A DNA stretch of 64,000 bases from a virus. The stretch lies in the IMG/VR virus record IMGVR_UViG_3300037483_001478, positions 71,989-135,988 of that record; one strand, given 5' to 3'. Below the pieces are notes generated by a model that made no database searches, was not told the origin of the DNA, and worked only from the letters and a program-made list of their open reading frames with translations. Below, in pieces: positions 36,204-46,083 of the stretch. Made by a program: the position numbers and the translations under genes. Numbering within the stretch: the stretch's first letter is position 1; the number at the start of each line of letters is the position of its first letter.

Positions 36204-37010
36204 ATGTCTGAGCTAGACGGGGCACTGCGCATCGCCTTGAAGGCACGGCAGGCTTTGGCGGCAAGCCAAAGAGTGCTGGGGAAGCCTCAATCTTCGCCCC
36301 ACCTAGGAAAGCGCGACATGAAGAAAGTCGACAGGGCCACTACAGCTTTGCGCGCTCTGACGTCGTTACGCCCAAGCCACATCAAAAGCGCTTCTGCACG
36401 CTACTTCTACGAGCTTCAGGCGCCTTCTACGGAAGAGCTTCTCGGCAAGCCCTTCTGCAAGCTTGCGGGATCTATGGGCCGAGACCCCTGGGAACTGGCA
36501 GAAGAAGTAGTTTGCTGCCTTGATAGGTTTGAGGGTCTGGGTAAGACCGCTTCAGACCCTCGGGCGCGGGAGTTGGCGCAGTTTTACTGTGTTTGGGGGG
36601 AAGACCTCGAAAAGCAAGCGGCTAACTGGTTTTCAGGGCTCAAGGCTGTAGGTAAGAACCTGCTTAGCAAGGCTGCGCCCGCCAGCCAATTGGCGAGCAA
36701 AGGGGTCATAAAGAGCGAGCTTCCTTCTGCAAGGACGGCCTTTCGCCAAGCGGTTCCGTATAAAGTAGCACCCAAAGCAGCGCCTACGGCTGGCCCGCGT
36801 TCTGCGGGCCAGCTCGTACGTCAGATGGCGCCGCCTGCGTCAGCAGGTAAGGCACCCAAGCAGATTGCCAAGAAAAAAGGTCCAGGGTGGTTTAGGGTAG
36901 GAGCAGGGGCAGCTGCGGTAGGAGTACCCCTGCACCATTTCTTGACCGCCAAGACCCCACAACCGCAGTACGGCCCAGGGATGGGCGCTCAATACGGAGG
37001 CTACGCCTGA
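36204..37010 (+). CDS. Hypothetical virion protein
   Basis: GGAG RBS before ATG 36204; IKSA, GKTA, EKQA motifs; C-terminal hydrophobic segment. Confidence 0.65.
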   Translation: MSELDGALRIALKARQALAASQRVLGKPQSSPHLGKRDMKKVDRATTALRALTSLRPSHIKSASARYFYELQAPSTEELLGKPFCKLAGSMGRDPWELAEEVVCCLDRFEGLGKTASDPRARELAQFYCVWGEDLEKQAANWFSGLKAVGKNLLSKAAPASQLASKGVIKSELPSARTAFRQAVPYKVAPKAAPTAGPRSAGQLVRQMAPPASAGKAPKQIAKKKGPGWFRVGAGAAAVGVPLHHFLTAKTPQPQYGPGMGAQYGGYA

Positions 37011-37867
37011 TGCTGAACCAGTACCTTGAGAAAATGGCGAGCCAAGCCCGCCAAGCTAACGAGATGGCCTCTATGTCTGCGGCTACTCTTGCCAAGATGG
37101 CTGGGGTCAAGCTGTCCGAGGGCGTATGCCCCAACTGCGCGGCGGGGATGGAGAAGTCCGCAGGCCAGTACAAGTGTGCTTCTTGCGGCATGACCAAAGC
37201 CGCTAAGAGGGACATGCCTTCCTTCGCGAAGCAGGACCGCCCCGCCAAGGTGAAAGAGGTCTACAAGGCCATCAAACGGGATCACCCCAACATGCCTGCC
37301 GAGGTCAAGGCGCGTATTGCTTCACGCAAGGGTAAGGCGAGCCCACAGGCGCGTAAGCCTCCAGAAACGGGCGGCCCCGCGTACAAGGCCCCCTTGGGCT
37401 ACACGCGGAGCAAGGGCAAGTACGTCAAGTCCGCGGCCGCCTTGTTGCCCATTGGGTACGAGGCAGGGCGTGCCATTGCCAAAATGGCTTCTATAGCCAA
37501 AACGGCCCAAGATGAGGGCCCCCAGCTAGATCCCGAGAATTTCCGTGAGGCCTACGAAGAAGCGATGGCCCGCGAAGACATCGGCAACCGTATGCGCCGT
37601 GGAGGCATTCTCGGAGGTATTGGAGGCACTGCTTTGGGGGCAGGCCTTGGGTCAGTTCCTGGCGCACTGATGGGCAGCCGCCTTGGCGCAGGAGCAGGGG
37701 CTCTCCTCGGAGGGGCTGGAGGTGCCTATCTGGGGCACCGGATGGGTTCGCAGTTCCAAGGTCGCGAGGCTTTGGCAGACCGGGCCGTCCAAATGGCTCG
37801 AGCAATCAACGCTTATCGTGCGGGGAGGGAAAGGGGGGCGCAATCCCCTTTCTACCCAGGACGTTGA
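37010..37867 (+). CDS. Hypothetical virion polyprotein with Zn ribbon and glycine zipper
   Basis: CPNC...CASC; GGILGGIGGTALGAGLG...GAGAGALLGGAGGAYLG; K-x-A sites. Confidence 0.65.
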   Translation: MLNQYLEKMASQARQANEMASMSAATLAKMAGVKLSEGVCPNCAAGMEKSAGQYKCASCGMTKAAKRDMPSFAKQDRPAKVKEVYKAIKRDHPNMPAEVKARIASRKGKASPQARKPPETGGPAYKAPLGYTRSKGKYVKSAAALLPIGYEAGRAIAKMASIAKTAQDEGPQLDPENFREAYEEAMAREDIGNRMRRGGILGGIGGTALGAGLGSVPGALMGSRLGAGAGALLGGAGGAYLGHRMGSQFQGREALADRAVQMARAINAYRAGRERGAQSPFYPGR

Positions 37868-38283
37868 CAAAAGAGGGTGGGCTCCCTGAGGGGCTCGTCA
37901 ACGTCTTGAAGCACCCAGTATCTGTTGGCATTGGTGCCGGATCCCTCCTCGGCGCCGGCGGCGGGTACTATTCTGCAATGGACGAGGATCCTGCTCTGCG
38001 CCGTCGCGCGACTCTTCTGGGAGGTCTCACCGGTGCCACACTGGGCGGCCTCACGGGCGCACTGAGTCGCAGTGGGCAAGAGGCAGATGAGTTTATCTCA
38101 CATGCGCACACTCAGGGGCTTGAGTCAGGAATGCGTACGGGGGTGGAGGCGGGAACGGCAGGAATGCAGGACCTGCTACGCACCCGCCCTGAAGTGCTCA
38201 AACAGTTCCTGCAAGAGTCCACGCCTGAGCAGCGCTCTGCGGTCATGGCAGACGTCATTGAAAGCGTCATTCGCAGCCGGTAA
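37864..38283 (+). CDS. Glycine-zipper hypothetical protein
   Basis: TTG start overlapping the previous stop; GIGAGSLLGAGGG and LLGGLTGATLGGLTG. Confidence 0.6.
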   Translation: MTKEGGLPEGLVNVLKHPVSVGIGAGSLLGAGGGYYSAMDEDPALRRRATLLGGLTGATLGGLTGALSRSGQEADEFISHAHTQGLESGMRTGVEAGTAGMQDLLRTRPEVLKQFLQESTPEQRSAVMADVIESVIRSR

Positions 38284-38289
38284 GGTGCA

Positions 38290-39168
38290 ATGCTCACAGT
38301 TACCTCAATCAAGGTTCTGAGCTTCGACCTCGACTACCTCGACGTGTTTTGGGAGCTGCAAGATACAGCAGAGGAGGTGGAGAGGTACGACTTCTACATA
38401 CTGCGCAGCGTAGATGGTATGGCTGGCCCTTACGAGGAGCTAGCAGGCCCGTTCTACAACACCTTTCTGTTTCGCGACTCCAATGTCCGACGCTTTCACT
38501 TGTGGCGGAACTACTTCTACAAGCTGAGGATCGTAGAGCGGGCCAGTGGAGACGAGCGTAGCTTCGGGCCAGCCTGGTTGCAGGCTCCTCCTGATCTCAT
38601 CGCAATGGAAATACGACGGCGAGAGGCGCTTTTGTTCAAGGAGTTCGCAGGGCGGTTGTTGCTCTATTACCCAGTTATTACTTCTGGGCAGCGCTGCGGC
38701 AATTGCTGGGATTTGGGGACGCGAGGTAACACCATCGGGCGCCCGGTGCAGCAAAACTGTGTTACGTGCTTCGGCACGACCTTCGTCAAGGGATTTTCTT
38801 CCCCTTTCCCTGTGTTTGCTCAGATAGACCCTTCAGCCAAGTTGACTCAGCGCACCGAGCTCGAGGAGCAGCAATTCGTAGAAACTACCGGGAGAACTAC
38901 CGCCTTCCCACCAATGAAGTCGAAAGATATGCTGATCGAAGGAGAGAACATCCGTTGGCGCGTGAAGCAGGTGACTCCAACGGAAAAAGGACGAGCTATC
39001 GTACGTCAAGAGTTGGTGCTTCGTCGCTACCCTCAGGACGATGTGAAGTACAAAGTACCCGTGAACTTTGACGTTCTCACTGAGTTCTCGCCGGCGCGAG
39101 AAAGGTCCCGCCCAATGACCCTGGCAATCCCTGCACACGAGCAGGTTGATGACCTTACGGAGTCCTGA
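38290..39168 (+). CDS. Putative head-closure/neck protein
   Basis: 292 aa; CGNC...CVTCFGT motif; WRV..VT..EK..IVRQEL pattern of neck proteins; position before tail genes. Confidence 0.5.
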   Translation: MLTVTSIKVLSFDLDYLDVFWELQDTAEEVERYDFYILRSVDGMAGPYEELAGPFYNTFLFRDSNVRRFHLWRNYFYKLRIVERASGDERSFGPAWLQAPPDLIAMEIRRREALLFKEFAGRLLLYYPVITSGQRCGNCWDLGTRGNTIGRPVQQNCVTCFGTTFVKGFSSPFPVFAQIDPSAKLTQRTELEEQQFVETTGRTTAFPPMKSKDMLIEGENIRWRVKQVTPTEKGRAIVRQELVLRRYPQDDVKYKVPVNFDVLTEFSPARERSRPMTLAIPAHEQVDDLTES

Positions 39169-39533
39169 TGTCTGCACTAATGTATCGATCTTTGCTCGAC
39201 GAGCTCTCGCTTATCAAGCAAGCTCAAGAGGGGCCTACTCAGGAGCCCGAAAGTGCTGGAGGCATAGGTCGCTTGCTGGCTAGAGGACTTCTCGGCGCAG
39301 GTGTTGGTGGTCTGGCTATGGGCGCAGGACTTGGCGTAGGGCAGATGTTGCTGGACAGGCCCCGCATCCAGGCGTTGTGGGAGCGGCTACCTCCTAGGGC
39401 ACAAATGGGAATTCTAGCAGGTACGGGACTTCTGTCAGGCGTGACGGGAATGATGGGTGCAGACGCCTACCACAATTGGGTAAACAAGCCCCCGCCGAGG
39501 ATGACGGATGAGCAACAACAGCCCGAGCAGTAA
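39168..39533 (+). CDS. Small glycine-zipper membrane-like protein
   Basis: TGATG overlap; LLDELSLIKQA leader; two Gly-rich hydrophobic segments. Confidence 0.65.
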   Translation: MSALMYRSLLDELSLIKQAQEGPTQEPESAGGIGRLLARGLLGAGVGGLAMGAGLGVGQMLLDRPRIQALWERLPPRAQMGILAGTGLLSGVTGMMGADAYHNWVNKPPPRMTDEQQQPEQ

Positions 39534-40296
39534 GATACGGGCATTCAGCCCTGGCACAGAAGACCCAGGATTGGACAACGACCCTGTACTGCACCTGACT
39601 AGGGTATTCGTTTATTTTCTACAGAACCTCTTTCGGGACTACCCGGAAGGGTGCGGCATGCGTTGGCGCCCTGACGAGGAAAATACTGAGATTGTCATCA
39701 CTGCGGAAAAGCCTACGCAGGAAGCCATCAAGCGCAAGCCACACATTACATGCGTTCTGGGAGCGTCTCGATGGGCTGGCGTCTCGTTAGACCAGCTTGT
39801 GCACAGTCGGGCATCTGATGGGCGACGCATCCACACAGACTTGATGCCCTGCACTATGGCGTACCACTGCATGGCACGGGAAGGCTTGCAGGCGCGCCGC
39901 ATCGCGTGGAACGCTTCGTTCTACACCAACGTGCTTCGTCGTGTGATCATACGGGCGGGCGGGCTTCACCAAGTCGGCATGACGCATGATATCAGCGCGG
40001 AATCTTCTGCGGCTGCGTACACAGGCCCTACCACAGAAGACGAGATCGTCGGTGTTGTGGTGAATGTGCCGTTCTATTGGCAACCTCAGTGGCGTATAAC
40101 TAAGCCTGCGACTGTGTGGCGCCAAATGAGGATGACCATGAACGTGAATGCACAGCAGCCCTTCTACAGTGCGGGCCGGGCTTCTGTGCGCAGTGTTACT
40201 GTTCAGGGCGTCCCTGTTCAAACTGTACCGCTGGACCCGAAGCCACCGGGTATCGTCCAAGAAGTTAGGGCTACCAAATTTGTTGGAGAGGAGTAG
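39508..40296 (+). CDS. Putative tail terminator/completion protein
   Basis: 262 aa, immediately upstream of the sheath gene. Confidence 0.5.
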   Translation: MSNNSPSSKIRAFSPGTEDPGLDNDPVLHLTRVFVYFLQNLFRDYPEGCGMRWRPDEENTEIVITAEKPTQEAIKRKPHITCVLGASRWAGVSLDQLVHSRASDGRRIHTDLMPCTMAYHCMAREGLQARRIAWNASFYTNVLRRVIIRAGGLHQVGMTHDISAESSAAAYTGPTTEDEIVGVVVNVPFYWQPQWRITKPATVWRQMRMTMNVNAQQPFYSAGRASVRSVTVQGVPVQTVPLDPKPPGIVQEVRATKFVGEE

Positions 40297-40302
40297 GTCA
40301 CC

Positions 40303-43300
40303 ATGGCTACCGAGCTTCCCCGTCCGGGCGTAGAAGTTGTTCAGCAGTTTCAGTCAGCGTCCCCGACCATCGTCAGCCCCACACTCGTTCCCTGCGTAGT
40401 GGCGCCCTTCTTCGAGATCATCGAAGCGCTGAACAGCGATGGTACGGTCAACGACTCCGCCAAGCTGGCTAGCAATTACCAGCAACTCAAGTTGACGGTA
40501 GCTCAATCATCGTTCCCGTCTCCTCGAGGCAACATCGACGAAGTGGACGTTCTGGAAGAAACTATCCGAGGTTTCTTCCAATTCGGCGGGGATCTCATCG
40601 AGGTATCTCAGTCTTCAGCGTTCCTTCGTGGCTACTTGGACCCGTCCTACTCTACGCAGCCCTACGTTGACGGCACGACCGCCGAGCCTGTGGGCGGCTA
40701 TGCCATCGACGGTCGCACACTCATTTTCCAGTTCGACAGCCATACCTCTGTGGTTCCTGGCGCGGCGCACCTGCCTGTGTCTGCCAATATCACGATCACC
40801 TTTGCTGCAGCGGTCGCTGGGGGCAACTTGACCCTGGCTGAGGTGATTGCCCAGATCAACGCAGTCGTGCCTGGGGTTGCCCTCAACAGCGGCAGTGACG
40901 AGTTGCGCCTCAGGTCCACCAACTACGGCTCGCAAGCTTCTGTTGTGGTGCGCAAAGAAGGTTCTGCAAATGCGGTAGCGGACGGCCTGGGCTTCAGCGC
41001 GGCGGACGACACCCTTTCCGTGGGTGGCGGCTTGTACGCAAGCGACGACAGTGACAGTGATCTCACAAGCCCGCGGCTCAAGTTTTCGGGGGGCTCTCAG
41101 CAAGTTCTGCTGGCCTCGTACCCAGGCACTGTATGGTTCGTAGCTCCCAATTTCATTTCAGACGCCATCGAAGTTGGCGACAATGTGATTGCCGATGGCG
41201 TGAACATTGGCCAGGTAGCCACGGTAGAGAGTGACACGCTCACCATGGAGGTAGAGCAAAACCTCCACTCTCACGACAACACTTTTGCGCCACGACGTGT
41301 GTGGGTGCAGGCCAACAACCTGTCCTACCCAGCGCCGGCAGCCAGCGCGGCGGCTACGGTCACGGGTACTCAAGCTGTGGCGGCAGAGAGCTCGGCTTTC
41401 ATTGTAGCTCAAGCTGTGGGTACGTTTGCCATTGGGGCCAGCGAGACGTTTGACGTCAACATCGTCAAGGATGGCGTTGCACTGGCTACGCAAACAGTGA
41501 GCTCTGGAGCGGGCTGGGCAGACCTGGCCGAGGCCATTACGGGCATCAACGCCACTGTCGGCATCGAATTCGAGGCCTACTACTCCAACGATGTGGGGGA
41601 CGAGATCGATGCAGTTTTTGCTGCAGCAAATCCGACCCTTGCCTACGTAGGCCTACGCACTTTGGCGGATAACCGAGGCAGTGATGCCTCGATTTCCTTG
41701 GTGGACCAGACAGTGGGCATGACGCTTGGCTTCTCCTCGCTGCCTGTAGCGGACATTGGAGAGAACAAGCGGTACCTGCCTGGAACGTATGCCATTGCCA
41801 CTACCTCCGCGCCTTTGTCCTCTACTGCAGGTACGGAAACGGTAATCTACGCCCCCACGGTAAAGGGTGTGGTCAAATCGGCGGAAACAGTGGCGTTGGG
41901 GGTAAATGCCACTCTTGCGGCAATTGTGGCGGATTGGAACACCAAGGCGGCCTACACGGAGGCGTACAAGTCTACGGTAGCGGGGGTGGAATCGGCCTCG
42001 GGTACCTACCTGTCAATACGTTCTCGTGGGGAGAACGTCGGTACGACTGCGGTCATCGACATTACCACGGATGCCACCCCTGTTTTTGGGGTGGCATCCC
42101 ACGCAGGAGCCAACACCTCGCTTGTTGGCGAGAATTTCAAATGGTCCACAGACCTCAACCCGCGAGAGTACGAGATCCTTTTCATTGCGGATGAGGACGA
42201 CGGGGGCGTGTCACTACAGCAAGTCATCGACAAGATCAATGCGCTCACCCCGAATGTTGCTTCTGAGAGCAGCTCCTCACCTCCAGAGCTCAAGCTCACT
42301 AGCCAAAAGGTGGGCGTGGCCTCTGAAATAGAGATCCTCGACGCCAGTGACGCGAACACTGCTCTTGGGTTCACGGACGACACTGCGTACACGGGGTCAG
42401 GGCGCCCCGATCCCGATATGGCTGTTGACATCACTGGCGCGGTAGTTTGGCAGGGCCAGCTGTTGCGTGATGGGCTCACGGGCTTACCCTTCAACCCTGG
42501 GTTTGCCCCTGCACTCATCACCTACAAGGGGCTGCGCTTGGATCTCAGCCCTGAAGCGGACAACCCGGGCTTGGTGACTTTTGACGACGTGACCTCTCTG
42601 GAAGCGGCTGCTGGTCCTATCAGTTCGGACAACCCGGGCGCGGCCTTGGCGTACTTGGCGCTGCTCAATGCGCCGACAGTCTCCGTTTCTGCCATCGGCG
42701 TTCCCGAAGTGTCAGCAGACGCTCCTGACGGGACGCCAGCTGGCTACACTGTCTGCGCTGAATACCTGGAGAACAAGGAGGTCTATGCGCTGGCGACGGC
42801 TTCCCAAAATCCTGTCGTGCACCAGACCTTCTTGACGCACGTCAACGCGATGAGCGCTCCTGAGCAAAAGGGTGAGCGCATCTACTTTTTCAACGCAGTG
42901 ACTCCGGATCGGGCAAACCCGACGTTGGTGGCGTCAGGCACCGACGCCAACTCAACGGCCAACGCCAATGAGGTCACGGTCGAGGTCAATCTTGCTGCGG
43001 CTCTTATCGCCAACGGCATCGACCCCAATGTAGCGATCAACCCCACCACCGGCGAGATCGTGGAAGAGGTGTACTTTGACCGAGCTGGTGACGACAAAAA
43101 GTACCTGGTGCAAGCGGTCAGTGGCGGCACTACGATCCAGCTGCGCACCAGCTTTGCGAGCGGGGATGGCAACGATGACGCGTTTTTCAGCGATGAGGCC
43201 CTCCCATCGGGTGTGATCAGCGATTCTTGGACGGTGTATATTCGAGGCCAAGCCCTCTTGGTGCCCGGCACGACCACCCCGGACAAGAATGCCATTGCTG

Positions 43301-43923
43301 AGACGATGCAGGTCGCTGCACAGGCCTACGGGTTCCGTCGAGGCTTCTGGGTGTTCCCTGATCAGGTCGGCATCAACATCACGGGCCTAGAGCAGCTCGT
43401 CGAAGGCTACTACGCTACCAGTGCCATTGCTGGCATGGTAGGCCAGCAGCCTCCTCAGCAGGGCTTCACCAATTTCCCTATTGCCGGCCTCACCAAGGTT
43501 CAGGGGTCAAACGACCGGTTTACCAACAGCCAACTCAATGTGATAGCGGCGGGCGGAGTGTACATCCTTGTGCAGGATGCGGTCGGCGCGCCTATTGTGG
43601 CTCGGCACCAGTTGTCGACGGACACTACGTCGATTGAAGCGCGGGAGTTGTCGATCACGAAGGCAGTGGACTACTGCGCAAAGTTTATTCGAGTCGGCAT
43701 GCGCAACTTCATGGGCCGGTCCAACATCACTCAAGCCTTTTTGGACAATCTCGCTGGAGTACTAGAAGGCCTGCTGGCTTTCTTGGTGGACAACGGAGCA
43801 GTTATTGGGGCAAGTCCCAACAACCTCATTCAAGATGCAGACAACCCGGACAGCATCCTAGTAGACGTGACCCTTGACGTCGCTTATCCAGCGAATTTCC
43901 TCAGAGTGGTGCTGATCGTGTGA
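40303..43923 (+). CDS. Contractile tail sheath protein (1206 aa, large internal insertions)
   Basis: N-terminal LPRPGVEVVQQF; C-terminal AIAGMVGQQPPQQGFTN, ELSITKAVD, VDVTLDVAYPANFLRV sheath motifs. Confidence 0.85.
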   Translation: MATELPRPGVEVVQQFQSASPTIVSPTLVPCVVAPFFEIIEALNSDGTVNDSAKLASNYQQLKLTVAQSSFPSPRGNIDEVDVLEETIRGFFQFGGDLIEVSQSSAFLRGYLDPSYSTQPYVDGTTAEPVGGYAIDGRTLIFQFDSHTSVVPGAAHLPVSANITITFAAAVAGGNLTLAEVIAQINAVVPGVALNSGSDELRLRSTNYGSQASVVVRKEGSANAVADGLGFSAADDTLSVGGGLYASDDSDSDLTSPRLKFSGGSQQVLLASYPGTVWFVAPNFISDAIEVGDNVIADGVNIGQVATVESDTLTMEVEQNLHSHDNTFAPRRVWVQANNLSYPAPAASAAATVTGTQAVAAESSAFIVAQAVGTFAIGASETFDVNIVKDGVALATQTVSSGAGWADLAEAITGINATVGIEFEAYYSNDVGDEIDAVFAAANPTLAYVGLRTLADNRGSDASISLVDQTVGMTLGFSSLPVADIGENKRYLPGTYAIATTSAPLSSTAGTETVIYAPTVKGVVKSAETVALGVNATLAAIVADWNTKAAYTEAYKSTVAGVESASGTYLSIRSRGENVGTTAVIDITTDATPVFGVASHAGANTSLVGENFKWSTDLNPREYEILFIADEDDGGVSLQQVIDKINALTPNVASESSSSPPELKLTSQKVGVASEIEILDASDANTALGFTDDTAYTGSGRPDPDMAVDITGAVVWQGQLLRDGLTGLPFNPGFAPALITYKGLRLDLSPEADNPGLVTFDDVTSLEAAAGPISSDNPGAALAYLALLNAPTVSVSAIGVPEVSADAPDGTPAGYTVCAEYLENKEVYALATASQNPVVHQTFLTHVNAMSAPEQKGERIYFFNAVTPDRANPTLVASGTDANSTANANEVTVEVNLAAALIANGIDPNVAINPTTGEIVEEVYFDRAGDDKKYLVQAVSGGTTIQLRTSFASGDGNDDAFFSDEALPSGVISDSWTVYIRGQALLVPGTTTPDKNAIAETMQVAAQAYGFRRGFWVFPDQVGINITGLEQLVEGYYATSAIAGMVGQQPPQQGFTNFPIAGLTKVQGSNDRFTNSQLNVIAAGGVYILVQDAVGAPIVARHQLSTDTTSIEARELSITKAVDYCAKFIRVGMRNFMGRSNITQAFLDNLAGVLEGLLAFLVDNGAVIGASPNNLIQDADNPDSILVDVTLDVAYPANFLRVVLIV

Positions 43924-43963
43924 CGAGCGTTTAGGTAAACCGTAGCTTTAGGAGAAAACAAAC

Positions 43964-45271
43964 ATGGCATCCCGATCTTTTGGGACCGAGTCCCCTGTCA
44001 TACCTCACTTGTCCAAGAATGAGCTTGCCGATCTCCGAGGGGACGTCGAGGCCGCTTTCCTCGTCTTGGAGGCTAAGACCGGGTTCCCTACGGTTGATCG
44101 GTCGACTCGGCTGCTGCTGTCGGATCTCCCCGGCCATTCCAGTAGCGTGGGCTCGGCGGTCACGCTGGTGGGGAGAGCTCTGCTACAGGGCCAGACCACT
44201 GCTACGCTGCAGCTGGGCACCGGAACGGCCCAACTCAATTTCACGGCCAATCGACCGGGAACCCCCGGAAACGATTTGTCGGTAGAGATCGTTCAAGGCG
44301 ACGGCGCGCTGGCAGTCAGCGTCCTTGGCAACGTCATCACGATCACTTTGGCTGTTGGCGGTAGCACCGCGGCTCAAGTGGTGACGGCCTACAACCTTGT
44401 GGCCGCCGCGGTACGTCTTGCCCAGATCGCGCACGACGGTGTGGCCGGCGCAGGTACAGTCCTCGTGGCTGCCGAGACCAACCTTGCAGGGGGTGTGGGA
44501 AGCGGCTTGACTGTGCTCCTCGGAGGAGTCGAGCAAGACGTGGTGGCAGTGGTGACTGATACCAGTATCTCCATGCTGGTAGTCGACGTGGGGTCTTACG
44601 GCCTTGGGGACTTTTTGGCCTTGGCGGTAGAGTCCAACGGAGTGCTTACGGATGAGCTCTCTGTGGAGATTGTGGCGGATCCCCCGCTACTCTATTTGGC
44701 GACGGGCGCAATCGACTTGAACGACGACCCCAGTGCCGTTGCTCTTCAGGGGGAAAGCTTGCTCGAGGGACAAGCGACCGCAGCTCTCACCTTGGGCACC
44801 GGTACAGCCTCTTTGGCCTTCACTGCCAACCGCCCAGGCACGCCGGGCAATGACATCACGGTGGCCATTGCCCAAGGGGCTGGTGCTCTTGCCGTAGCTG
44901 TTGATGGCACTGACATCACAGTCACGTTGGCGGTTGGCGGCAGCACTGCGACTGAGGTCAAGAGCGCCTATGACTTGGTGGCAGAGGCAGTGGCTCTGGC
45001 CCAGGTCGCGGTCTCTGGTGGAGGCGGGGGCACCGTCTTGATCACAGAAGACGAAGCGGCAGTGCCCCTTGAAGGCGGCATTGGTGCAGGATTCGCCGTC
45101 TATGTGGCCGGCGTAGCCCAAAGCATCACTGATGTCGTCACAGATACGGCTATCGCAATGTCCGTGGACGACTTCACAGGGCTCACTGCCGGAGACGCAG
45201 CAGGTGTGTACGCAGTGTCGAATGGGGTCACTTCCAGCCTTGTGAGCATGGTGGTGGTCAATACGGCCTGA
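43964..45271 (+). CDS. Tail-associated protein with two copies of a ~140-aa beta-rich domain
   Basis: AGGAG RBS; repeats LL[QE]GQ.TA.L.LGTGTA.L.FTANRPGTPGND. Confidence 0.7.
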   Translation: MASRSFGTESPVIPHLSKNELADLRGDVEAAFLVLEAKTGFPTVDRSTRLLLSDLPGHSSSVGSAVTLVGRALLQGQTTATLQLGTGTAQLNFTANRPGTPGNDLSVEIVQGDGALAVSVLGNVITITLAVGGSTAAQVVTAYNLVAAAVRLAQIAHDGVAGAGTVLVAAETNLAGGVGSGLTVLLGGVEQDVVAVVTDTSISMLVVDVGSYGLGDFLALAVESNGVLTDELSVEIVADPPLLYLATGAIDLNDDPSAVALQGESLLEGQATAALTLGTGTASLAFTANRPGTPGNDITVAIAQGAGALAVAVDGTDITVTLAVGGSTATEVKSAYDLVAEAVALAQVAVSGGGGGTVLITEDEAAVPLEGGIGAGFAVYVAGVAQSITDVVTDTAIAMSVDDFTGLTAGDAAGVYAVSNGVTSSLVSMVVVNTA

Positions 45272-45328
45272 TAGGATCTCGGTGAGCGCCGGCCCTTGAG
45301 CGTTGTTACTCATTTGAGGAGAAAAGGT

Positions 45329-46027
45329 ATGGCATCCAGATCTTTTGGTTCTCAGGGGCCGAGCGTCCCACATCTTTCCAAGAATCAGCTTAGCGATCTG
45401 CGGGCAGACGTTGAGGCAGGCTTTACGGCCCTCGAGGGCCGCGCGGACTTTCCCAAAATCTCTCGCGTTGTTGGAGGCACCGCTGTTTCCCTTGCAGCAT
45501 TGCCGGTGGCCGCAGCAGTGGTTGGTGTCGATCTTCTGCAGGGTCAGATCAAGGCTTCGTTGGTTTTGGGCACTGGTACCAGTGCCTTGACGTTTACGGC
45601 CAACCGCCCGGGTACTCCTGGGAACGACATCTCTGTCGAGATCGTCGACAGCGAAGGCGGAGGGCTCGCTGTTGCTGTCGACGCGGGCGTCATTACCATC
45701 GATCTTGGCGGCGATACCTCTAGCGCCAATCAGGTGAAGACAGCGGTTGACAGCGACACCGACGCTACTGCGTTGGTACAGGTCGTATCGGGTGGCGCTG
45801 GCACTGTGGTCGTGGCCGCTGAAGAGAATCTTTCAGGAGGCGTCGGCGTCGGCTTGTTGGCGATGGTCAATGGCATCAGCCAAGACATCGTCGGGTCGGC
45901 GACTGAAACTTCAATTCCCATGTCTATTTCCGCCCTCACCGGCGCAGCCAACGGCGACGCTGCCGTACTTCAGATTGTTTCCAATGGTGTCTGGTCCGAC
46001 CCCATCACCCTGGGTGTTGTGACCTGA
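45329..46027 (+). CDS. Paralog of 43964-45271 with one copy of the same domain
   Basis: Shared N-terminus MASRSFG..P..PHLSKN.L.DLR.DVEA.F; GAGGAG RBS. Confidence 0.75.
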   Translation: MASRSFGSQGPSVPHLSKNQLSDLRADVEAGFTALEGRADFPKISRVVGGTAVSLAALPVAAAVVGVDLLQGQIKASLVLGTGTSALTFTANRPGTPGNDISVEIVDSEGGGLAVAVDAGVITIDLGGDTSSANQVKTAVDSDTDATALVQVVSGGAGTVVVAAEENLSGGVGVGLLAMVNGISQDIVGSATETSIPMSISALTGAANGDAAVLQIVSNGVWSDPITLGVVT

Positions 46028-46083
46028 TCTAGGGTTTCGCCAGGGAGTATGGTAGTTTGGTTCGTGTTGAAGGAGGTATTCAG

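Noticed and set aside
24654-46055. Shared CTAGGGTTT...TATG(C/G)TA upstream of 24709 and 46084 as a late promoter
   Set aside because: Only two instances, with different spacing (16 vs 10 nt); could be chance.
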